NCBI GenBank assembly: GCA_965205125.1
Contig: CBDBFY010000003.1
Location: 1,240,179 to 1,304,178, forward strand
Direction: 5' to 3'
Source of the DNA: Phototrophicaceae bacterium
GTDB taxonomy: Bacteria > Chloroflexota > Anaerolineae > Aggregatilineales > Phototrophicaceae
Length of the DNA stretch: 64,000 nucleotides
Positions 7,320-14,388 of this stretch are shown here, in pieces. Both the position numbers and the translations under genes were made by a program. Numbering within the stretch: position 1 is the stretch's first letter; every line of letters begins with the position of its first letter. The notes below the pieces were generated by a model. It was given only the letters and a program-made list of their open reading frames with translations. It searched no databases and was not told the origin of the DNA.

Positions 7320-8243
7320 TCACCGCAGCTTCGCCATCACACTCCGCAACCCCACCGGCAACTCGCTCACGAAAACCAGCCGCTCACCACTCACCGGATG
7401 GTCAAAGGCCAACTCATGCGCGTGCAGGAACTGCCGCTTCATTTTCACTCGCTGCTTCCGATACCCGTAGACCGCATCCCCCACAACGGGACAGCCGATG
7501 AATGCCATGTGCACACGAATCTGATGCGTCCGTCCGGTCAGCAGCTTCAAGCGCACAAGAGCGCGATCGCCCTGGAAGTCATCATCGAGCACTTCGAATT
7601 CGGTCTGCGCCGACTTGCCCGCTCGATGGACCGCCATGCGTTTGCGCTGCCGCGGATCGCGGGCGACTGGCGCGTCGACCGTGCCTCGATTCGACGCCGG
7701 CCGCTTCTCCAGCAGGGCCAGATAAATCTTGTCCACCGTCCGCGCTTGAAACTGCCCCATCAGCGCCAGCAGTGTCGCCCTGTCGCGAGCCGTGACAATC
7801 AGTCCGCTTGTGCCCCGATCCAGCCGGTGGACGATGCCCAGCCGCTCGCCGACCGCCGGGTCGTCCATCATATCCGCCAGTTCCGGGTAGCGCGCCAGCA
7901 GCGCATTGACCAGCGTTCCGCTCTCGTTGCCCGCTCCGGGATGAACCACCATGCCGGCCCGCTTGTCAATGACCGCCAGGTCTGCGTCCTCATAGACGAT
8001 GTTTAGCGGAATGTCTTCCGGCTCTATCGAGGTCTCCTCCTTCGGCGGAAAGCGCACGGTGATCTGCTCGCCGCCTTTGAGTTTGTAGCCCGTCTTTTGC
8101 GCCGCGCCATCAACCAGGACGCAGCCCTCGCGGATCAGAGCCTGCGTCTGCGCGCGCGAAAAGCCTTCCAGATGCGCCAGGAGGAATTTGTCGAGACGTT
8201 GATTCGGTCTGTCTACGAGGAGGGTTAGGAAGTCTTCTGGCAC
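7320..8243 (-). CDS. rluD: RluA-family 23S rRNA pseudouridine synthase, RluD-like (S4 domain + catalytic HRLD)
   Basis: 307 aa. QRLDKFLLAHLEGFSRAQTQALIREGCVLVDG is the S4 domain. HRLDRGTSGLIV is the catalytic Asp motif, with HQIRVH also present. Confidence 0.88.
   Translation of the reverse strand: MPEDFLTLLVDRPNQRLDKFLLAHLEGFSRAQTQALIREGCVLVDGAAQKTGYKLKGGEQITVRFPPKEETSIEPEDIPLNIVYEDADLAVIDKRAGMVVHPGAGNESGTLVNALLARYPELADMMDDPAVGERLGIVHRLDRGTSGLIVTARDRATLLALMGQFQARTVDKIYLALLEKRPASNRGTVDAPVARDPRQRKRMAVHRAGKSAQTEFEVLDDDFQGDRALVRLKLLTGRTHQIRVHMAFIGCPVVGDAVYGYRKQRVKMKRQFLHAHELAFDHPVSGERLVFVSELPVGLRSVMAKLR
7323..7344 (+). repeat. Copy 3 (the genuine rluD 3' coding end) of the triplicated sequence
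   Basis: ccgcagcttcgccatcacactc encodes the C-terminal SVMAKLR on the minus strand. Confidence 0.8.
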
Positions 8244-8647
8244 GGGTAGTTGCCCAGCAGGTATTCCCTAAAACGTTGCCGAATGCGAGAAGCGGCATTC
8301 ATTCGCAGAACGAATACTGTTGTCCGACCTTCGGGAGTAAGACCAATAATCGACGCATCTGGATTGACACGAAAATGTTCATCCCAGCTATCCAATCGCG
8401 GATGAAACAGTCTACTTAGTTTGTCGGTTTGTGGGTCATATCCAGCAACATTGACGCCCTTGAAGCGGTTGCAATCCGGGCAAGCCAGGCAAAGATTCTC
8501 ATCGTTGTCATCACCTCCATGACTACTCGCAATGATATGATCAACGTGAAATCCTAGAGATTGGGATCCTCTTCCAACGCGACAGTATTCGCAGCACCCT
8601 GACGCCAGAATGTGAACTGTATGACGCTGCTGCGCAGAGATCGTCAA
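8225..8647 (-). CDS. HNH (His-Me finger) endonuclease, paralogue of 1192..1599
   Basis: CCEYC...VDHIIASSHGGDDNDENLCLACPDCNRFKG. Collinear with the HNH at 1192..1599, including LFHPR..W..HF and GLTPEGRTTV. The TTG start overlaps the upstream stop (TTGA). Confidence 0.85.
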   Translation of the reverse strand: MTISAQQRHTVHILASGCCEYCRVGRGSQSLGFHVDHIIASSHGGDDNDENLCLACPDCNRFKGVNVAGYDPQTDKLSRLFHPRLDSWDEHFRVNPDASIIGLTPEGRTTVFVLRMNAASRIRQRFREYLLGNYPCQKTS

Positions 8648-9168
8648 GTCTCAATACCTTGCCGTCTCAACTCAGTACTCACTTTCAGCAGCGCCATGAA
8701 TCTGTTTGCTCGAAGGCAATCGTCCAACTCGCGCTCTTCGAGTATAGTCAGCTCACCCTCGCCGTTGCGGTCGAGTAGAAAATGAACTCGCGCCTGTATG
8801 TCTTCGGGAAACATAAATGCGAGTAATTCATCATCTGTAGGATCAGAAGTCAAGAACTCAGCTACTGCATCAGGAGCACTTCGCACTGGCGAATCATTCA
8901 AGGGTTCTTCTCGTCTGTTCTTGCCCTTTTGCCGCAACCTAATCTTTGTTTTGAGCAGACTAATCATGTTGTCGGCATATACGAAGTCATCTAACTCATT
9001 TCGCTGCTCACAGGTCAACTCGGATTCCCGATTGAGGTACAGCAGATGGCTCACGCGCTTTTGCAGATCATCCGGCAGCTTATAGGCGAGAAGCTCGTCA
9101 ACTGTTGGGTCATCCGCAAGAAAGTCGGTAATGACGGCAAAGACATCACGTGCTGGCGTTTCTATCAT
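8644..9168 (-). CDS. Helical two-repeat protein of unknown function, upstream partner of the HNH nuclease
   Basis: 174 aa, AAGGAG 8 nt upstream of the ATG. It holds two internal ~70-aa repeats: DELLAYKLPDDLQKRVSHLLYLNRESELTCEQRNELDDFV and DELLAFMFPEDIQARVHFLLDRNGEGELTILEERELDDCL. Confidence 0.75.
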   Translation of the reverse strand: MIETPARDVFAVITDFLADDPTVDELLAYKLPDDLQKRVSHLLYLNRESELTCEQRNELDDFVYADNMISLLKTKIRLRQKGKNRREEPLNDSPVRSAPDAVAEFLTSDPTDDELLAFMFPEDIQARVHFLLDRNGEGELTILEERELDDCLRANRFMALLKVSTELRRQGIET

Positions 9169-9231
9169 GGCAGTTGCTCCTTTACCTCCGGCCCATTATA
9201 ACCTGAAGTCAAACAAGATTCAGCAAGCGCG

Positions 9232-9417
9232 CTACACGCCGCCCAGCGCCGAGCTCAAAAGCGCGGCAATCGTGCCGGCGACCACAATCGCCAACAGCAA
9301 GATCAAGCCCATGCGGACCAACTGGCGCAAAGCCTGCCGCTCCGCCGGCGTCCAGCCTGCCTCCCTTTCGCGTTCGTCCGTCTGCTTCATCGCTAGCTCA
9401 TCAACATCGATTGACAT
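9232..9417 (-). CDS. Possible small tail-anchored membrane protein
   Basis: MSIDVDELAMKQTDEREREAGWTPAERQALRQLVRMGLILLLAIVVAGTIAALL. It is coding-like with a hydrophobic C-terminus, but there is no clear RBS and the start is uncertain. Confidence 0.3.
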   Translation of the reverse strand: MSIDVDELAMKQTDEREREAGWTPAERQALRQLVRMGLILLLAIVVAGTIAALLSSALGGV

Positions 9418-9549
9418 TGCTGTCAGCAGCAGGTCGTCCACGCACAATTATATACGCTTGACAGTCTGTGTTGACGCGGATGGCTTGCCCAAGATATTCG
9501 ACCAAAGCCAAAGTAAGTTATACTTTGCTGCTGGGCAGGGAGAATGCGA

Positions 9550-10536
9550 ATGAAAGTCCTGGTGACCGGCGGCGCTGGTTATATCGGCAGCCATGTCGTG
9601 CAGTTGCTTACCGAGCGCGGCTATGAAGTCGTCGTCTTCGACAACTTGATCAAGGGCAATCGCGGCGCCGTGCACCCGGACGCGACCCTGATCGTCGGCG
9701 ATCTGCACGATCGCTCGGCGTTGGAAGCCGCCTTCCATGCCCATCAGTTCGACGGCATCTTGCACTTCGCCTCGCAGATCCTGGTCGGTGAAAGCATGCG
9801 GCAGCCCTTCGGCTACCTGCGCGACAATCTCTATACCTTCATCAATGTGCTCGAATGCGCCAGCCTGCACGGCGTCAAGCGCATTATTCTATCCTCCACC
9901 GCCAATCTCTTCGATGAACCAGAGCGCGTCCCCATCGACGAGAGCGAGGCGCTGATCCCCGGCAGCATCTATGGCGAAACCAAGTACATGGCGGAGCGCT
10001 TGCTCGCCTGGATGGATCGGCTCTACGGCATAAAATACTGCTGCCTGCGCTATTTCAATGCCTGCGGCGCCCATCCAGACGGGCATATCGGTGAAGCGCA
10101 CGACCCCGAATCGCATCTGATTCCCCTCGTTTTGAGCGTCGCTCTGGGCCAGCGCGAGGCAATCGAAATCTACGGCGCCGATTATGACACGCCCGATGGC
10201 ACCTGCATCCGTGATTACGTGCATGTTCTTGATCTGGCGCGCGCCCACATCCTGGCATTGGAAGCGCTGGTCGATGGCGAAAGCCGCGTCTACAACCTCG
10301 GCAGCGGCAGCGGCTATTCCGTGCGCGAAGTGATAGAAGCCGCGCGGGAGGTGACGGGCCACGCCATCCCCACCATTGATGCGCCCCGCCGCCCCGGCGA
10401 CCTGCCCGTCCTCGTCGCCGATAGCGAGAAGATCGGGCGCGAGCTGGGCTGGGAGACCGACTTCAACAACCTCGAGACCATCATCCAAACCGCCTGGAAT
10501 TGGCATCGCCGGCATCCTCACGGCTACGAATCCTGA
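9550..10536 (+). CDS. galE: UDP-glucose 4-epimerase
   Basis: [15 protein letters not shown] Rossmann motif, YGETKYMAE (YxxxK) and full-length GalE pattern. GGGAGA lies 6 nt upstream of the ATG at 9550 (alternative ATG at 9544). Confidence 0.92.
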   Translation: MKVLVTGGAGYIGSHVVQLLTERGYEVVVFDNLIKGNRGAVHPDATLIVGDLHDRSALEAAFHAHQFDGILHFASQILVGESMRQPFGYLRDNLYTFINVLECASLHGVKRIILSSTANLFDEPERVPIDESEALIPGSIYGETKYMAERLLAWMDRLYGIKYCCLRYFNACGAHPDGHIGEAHDPESHLIPLVLSVALGQREAIEIYGADYDTPDGTCIRDYVHVLDLARAHILALEALVDGESRVYNLGSGSGYSVREVIEAAREVTGHAIPTIDAPRRPGDLPVLVADSEKIGRELGWETDFNNLETIIQTAWNWHRRHPHGYES

Positions 10537-10590
10537 GTGGTGAAAAAGCGCGCCCGCCTTGTATCAGCTTCTGTTGAAGGAGGAGCTGAT

Positions 10591-11472
10591 ATGACACGCT
10601 TGGCTGTTTTGGCTGATATTCACGGCAACCTGCCCGCATTAACTGCCGTCATTGACGACATGGCGCCATTCGAGGTCGATCACGTCGTCGTCGCCGGCGA
10701 CAGCATCAATGTCGGTCCCTTTTCCCGCGAAGTGCTGGAAGCCATCAGCGAACGAAACTGGGCGATCATCCGCGGCAATAACGGATACTATGTCACCGAG
10801 TACAATACGCCGCGCATGCCGGCGCACTGGACCCGCTTTACCCTGCCCCCATGGCTGCTTGAGCAGTTAGGCGCCCACTGGATCAAGGTCATCGCCTGCC
10901 TGCCGGATACGCTCTCGCTGCGCTTCCCCGACGCCGCGCCGGTTCGCGTCTTCCACGGCCTTCCCGATAACCCCTGGGTCGCCATTACGCCGCTGTCGAC
11001 CCGCGACGAGGTCGAATCCGCCTTGGTCGACGTGCCGGAAGAGACGGTCATCTGCGCCCACAGCCACATCCCGCTGGAGCGGCATATCGGGAACTGGCAT
11101 ATCTTCAACCCGGGATCAGTCGGCATCCCGCTCGACGGTGAACGCAGCGCCAGCTACATGATACTTGACGGCGACCACCAGGGCTGGAAGCTGATCGCCC
11201 ATCGCCGCGTGCATTTCTGTCATGACAGCATATTCGACGCCTTTGACAAACAGCAATTCGCGCAGCGCTGCGGCGTTACGGCGATGCTGCTGGCGCAAGA
11301 ATTTGAGACCGCTCGCATGAGGCTGTGGCCCTTCCTCCAATGGAAGAAGCGCTTCTATCCCGATCAACCCGAAAGCGTCTCGCTCTTTGACGAGTTTCAG
11401 CGCCTGCAAGACACGCGTCCCTTCATGCCGCCCGAATATCGCGATCTGACGCCCGACCTGTACCGCGACTGA
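10591..11472 (+). CDS. Metallophosphoesterase family protein
   Basis: LAVLADIHGN, VVAGDSIN, RGNNG, CAHSHIPL and NPGSVG motifs. The ATG at 10591 is preceded by GAAGGAGGAG. Confidence 0.85.
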   Translation: MTRLAVLADIHGNLPALTAVIDDMAPFEVDHVVVAGDSINVGPFSREVLEAISERNWAIIRGNNGYYVTEYNTPRMPAHWTRFTLPPWLLEQLGAHWIKVIACLPDTLSLRFPDAAPVRVFHGLPDNPWVAITPLSTRDEVESALVDVPEETVICAHSHIPLERHIGNWHIFNPGSVGIPLDGERSASYMILDGDHQGWKLIAHRRVHFCHDSIFDAFDKQQFAQRCGVTAMLLAQEFETARMRLWPFLQWKKRFYPDQPESVSLFDEFQRLQDTRPFMPPEYRDLTPDLYRD

Positions 11473-11528
11473 TTGCGCTTCACATGATAAAATGAGTACG
11501 CTGAAAAGCTTGGAAAACGGACCAGCCC

Positions 11529-11801
11529 ATGTGCCGCAACATTCGTACGCTCTTCAACTACGACCCGCCCAGCAGTCCCGCCGATGTCGAAGCGGCGGCG
11601 CTGCAATATGTGCGCAAAGTCAGCGGTTACCGTTCGCCTTCCGCCGCCAACGAAGCCGCCTTCCAGCGGGCGGTCGCCGATATCGCGGCTGCGACAGCGA
11701 CCCTGCTCGATTCTCTTGCGACGAAAGCCCCGCCCCGCGATCGCCAAGCCGAAATCGCCAAAGCCCGCGCCCGCAACGCCAAGCGCTTCCGGACGGCATA
11801 A
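11529..11801 (+). CDS. DUF2277 family protein
   Basis: MCRNIRTLFNYDPPSSPADVEAAALQYVRKVSGY is the characteristic DUF2277 N-terminus. Confidence 0.8.
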   Translation: MCRNIRTLFNYDPPSSPADVEAAALQYVRKVSGYRSPSAANEAAFQRAVADIAAATATLLDSLATKAPPRDRQAEIAKARARNAKRFRTA

Positions 11802-11891
11802 GCCGTTTACAGCCCCCAAGCCCTGCGCTAGACTACGGCTGGAAACAGCAGCGCCTGACGGGAAACGGCAATGGCACTCAGCGGTGAATCC

Positions 11892-12908
11892 ATGCGCGCC
11901 ATCATCATGGAGAATATCGGCAAACCGCGCGTTCTCAAGGTGACGAGAATCCGCAAACCGACGCCGGCGCCGGGCCAAGCCCTGATTAAAGTCCATGCCA
12001 CCTCCGTCAACCCCTGCGATATGCATTTGCGCAGCGGCCGCCTGATCATCCGCAAGCCGATGCCGCATATCCTGGGCGCTGACCTGGCCGGCGAAATCGA
12101 AGCGCTCGCCGATGACGTCAAGGGCTGGGAGATCGGCGCCCGCGTCTTCGCTTGCCCCGAGGGGCTGGGGCGCGAAATCAATGGGGGCTATGCCGAGTAT
12201 TGCGCCGTGCCAGCCGACCACTTGATCCCGCTGCCGAACGAGCTCGATTTCCAATCGGCTGTGGCCGCTGGCGCCAGTTTCACCGATGCCCATCTCGCCC
12301 TCCTGTCCGTTGGCAAACTGAAAAAAGCGGACCGGGTCGTTGTGCGCGGCGCGGCCGGGAGCGTCGGCGCATCCGCCCTTCAAATCGCACGCGCGCGTGG
12401 CGCCAAAGTCATCGCCATCAGCCGTGGCCAGTTCGCCGCCGGACTGCATGAAATCGGCGCGGACGTCGTGCTCGAAGATGTCGGTGATGATCTGGTGCGC
12501 CAGGTTAAGGTGGCCACTGATGAGCGCGGCGCCAGCCTCGTCCTTCATTGTCGCGACGAACTTGACCTGGCGGAATCACTGGCGATGCTCGGGCGCGGCG
12601 GCCGGCTTGTCATTGCTGGCGTCCTGCGCAAGCCACAAGCCCGTCTGGACGCCATGGACCTCTACTTGAGAAACCTCAGCATCCTCGGCTCATACGGCGC
12701 CATCAAGCCCAAAGACGGCGAATCTCTGCTAAGAAATCTGGCGAAGGGCGCCTACAAACCGCTGGTGGACCAGGTTATGCCCCTGAGCCAGGCGCGCAAA
12801 GCCCACCGCAAAATGGAAAAAGAGCCCGGCTTTGGCAAGATTGTGCTGGCGCCGGATTCCATCCTGGAAGCGGCGCAGAAACCCGACAATTGGATCCCGA
12901 TTGATTAG
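11892..12908 (+). CDS. Zinc-type alcohol dehydrogenase / quinone oxidoreductase (MDR superfamily)
   Basis: MRAIIMENIGKPRVLKV..., NPCDMHLRSG, and GAAGSVGASALQIARARGAKVIA as the nucleotide-binding motif. An alternative ATG lies at 11871. Confidence 0.85.
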   Translation: MRAIIMENIGKPRVLKVTRIRKPTPAPGQALIKVHATSVNPCDMHLRSGRLIIRKPMPHILGADLAGEIEALADDVKGWEIGARVFACPEGLGREINGGYAEYCAVPADHLIPLPNELDFQSAVAAGASFTDAHLALLSVGKLKKADRVVVRGAAGSVGASALQIARARGAKVIAISRGQFAAGLHEIGADVVLEDVGDDLVRQVKVATDERGASLVLHCRDELDLAESLAMLGRGGRLVIAGVLRKPQARLDAMDLYLRNLSILGSYGAIKPKDGESLLRNLAKGAYKPLVDQVMPLSQARKAHRKMEKEPGFGKIVLAPDSILEAAQKPDNWIPID

Positions 12909-12917
12909 GTCGCCGCG

Positions 12918-13937
12918 CTATTCAAGCCCGGGATAATCAAGCAAGAGCGCGTCCAGCGCCAACCTGATATTGGCATTGGTCGCGAGCGCAGCCATCGTGC
13001 GCCGCGTCGCCTCCAGCGCGCCCAGAGCGGCCTCAGCCGAAGCCCGCGCCGCCAGCGACCGAATCTCGTCCGCGCGGTCGCTATTGCATGGCTTGACCGG
13101 ACAGTCGTAACTTTGCAGCAGCACATCGCGCCAGTACGTCTGCCAGATTTCGAGGATCTCGCGCAAAGCCGCTTTATCATTTCCCACCCGCTTGCTCAGC
13201 TGCTCGGCCGCTTTGATCCGCGCCAGTCGCTTCCCCGCCACGATTTCGCGCAGTTCGTCGAGCATCTCCCGCCGAAATGCCAAGAGTTCCTCATCCTCGA
13301 TGGCATTGAGCGCCCAACCGATGCGTCCGCTGCTCAAACGCGCGATCAGATCGGCGCGGTCTTCATCGCCGCCACGGGCCACCAGCGCGGCTGTAATCAG
13401 CTGCTGCGGCGCCGGGCGCAAGGGTATCGTTTGCGCGCGACTGCGTATCGTCGGCAAGACGCGCTCGGGGGCGCTCGCCAAAACGATCATGACGGCTTGG
13501 GCCGCCGGTTCCTCCAGCGTTTTCAGCAAGGCGTCCTGCGCCTGAGGAGCGACCAGGTCGAAGTCCTCAAAGATGGCGATCCGGTAGCGCGCCGAATACG
13601 GCTTCAGCGCCAGCAAGCGCGCGACATCGCGGATCGCTTCAATCTTTAGCGGCGAGCCATTTTCACCCGTCGCCATAATAAGGTCGGGGTCGTGCCCGCG
13701 GCCGATCGCGCGGCAAGAACGGCAGGCGCCACAGGGACGCCCGGCGATATCGTCAGCCTCACAGTTAAGCGCCTTGGCGAAAGCCAGCGCCAGCGCGCGC
13801 TTGCCCAGCGACGGCGCCCCGGTGATGAGATATGCGTGACGCTGTCGCCGGTTCAGCAGGCTGCGCCGCAGCAAATCCGCCGCCCAACCATGCCCTATGA
13901 TGCCCCAGTTATCCGCCGCTGCCTCTTTACTGTTCAT
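12918..13937 (-). CDS. holB: DNA polymerase III delta-prime subunit
   Basis: HAYLITGAPSLGKRALALAFAKALNCE...CGACRSCR Zn module, then IFEDFD and LKTLEEP (clamp-loader AAA+ motifs). Confidence 0.88.
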   Translation of the reverse strand: MNSKEAAADNWGIIGHGWAADLLRRSLLNRRQRHAYLITGAPSLGKRALALAFAKALNCEADDIAGRPCGACRSCRAIGRGHDPDLIMATGENGSPLKIEAIRDVARLLALKPYSARYRIAIFEDFDLVAPQAQDALLKTLEEPAAQAVMIVLASAPERVLPTIRSRAQTIPLRPAPQQLITAALVARGGDEDRADLIARLSSGRIGWALNAIEDEELLAFRREMLDELREIVAGKRLARIKAAEQLSKRVGNDKAALREILEIWQTYWRDVLLQSYDCPVKPCNSDRADEIRSLAARASAEAALGALEATRRTMAALATNANIRLALDALLLDYPGLE

Positions 13938-14106
13938 GCGCGCATTATACTGCCATCCACAAGCGAAATGAAACCGCGCGCCCCGCAGGGAATGGTAAAG
14001 ATCGTGAGGATTTTCCTAGTGCGTACACAGTACATCGTTTAGCGCTGTCCCTCGCAAGTCACAACTTGGCTCAGACAAAATGTGACTTCCCAAGTTGTCT
14101 GCGTAC

Positions 14107-14132
14107 GGGCGAGCCGGTGGCTCGTCCCTACA
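14107..14132 (-). repeat. REP-like palindromic element (reverse, slightly degenerate)
   Basis: gggcgagccggtggctcgtccctaca. Confidence 0.7.
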
Positions 14133-14182
14133 AGGCTTATTCTGTAATGAATTTGTAGCGTCCGTCGCTCAGCCCGCCGAGA

Positions 14183-14226
14183 CCTCTGTGTTCTCTGTGT
14201 TGCCTCCTTTCCTCTGTGGTAAAAAT
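14183..14226 (+). repeat. CTCYGYG-repeat promoter-like element (family copy D), ends in TGGTAAAAT (extended -10-like)
   Basis: cctctgtgttctctgtgttgcctcctttcctctgtggtaaaaat, 160-200 nt upstream of the 14389 gene in sense orientation. Confidence 0.45.
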
Positions 14227-14388
14227 TTGGCAGATTCTCGACACCGGGCGATTCTCAACGAATTCACGATTCGCGCGCCTCACCCCCAAACCGGCTAGAC
14301 CTCATTTGACTTGCCTCGCCTGGCCTGAACCTTGCCTTTGCCCTACAAATCCGGCCATGCGCTGACTAGAATGAAGGTAGTATAGATC

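Noticed and set aside
11397-12548. 383-aa minus-strand ORF overlapping the alcohol dehydrogenase/DUF2277 region
   Set aside because: It is antisense to well-supported genes. Its Arg/Gly/Ala-rich low-complexity composition is typical of the shadow frame of high-GC coding DNA, and it has no recognisable motifs.
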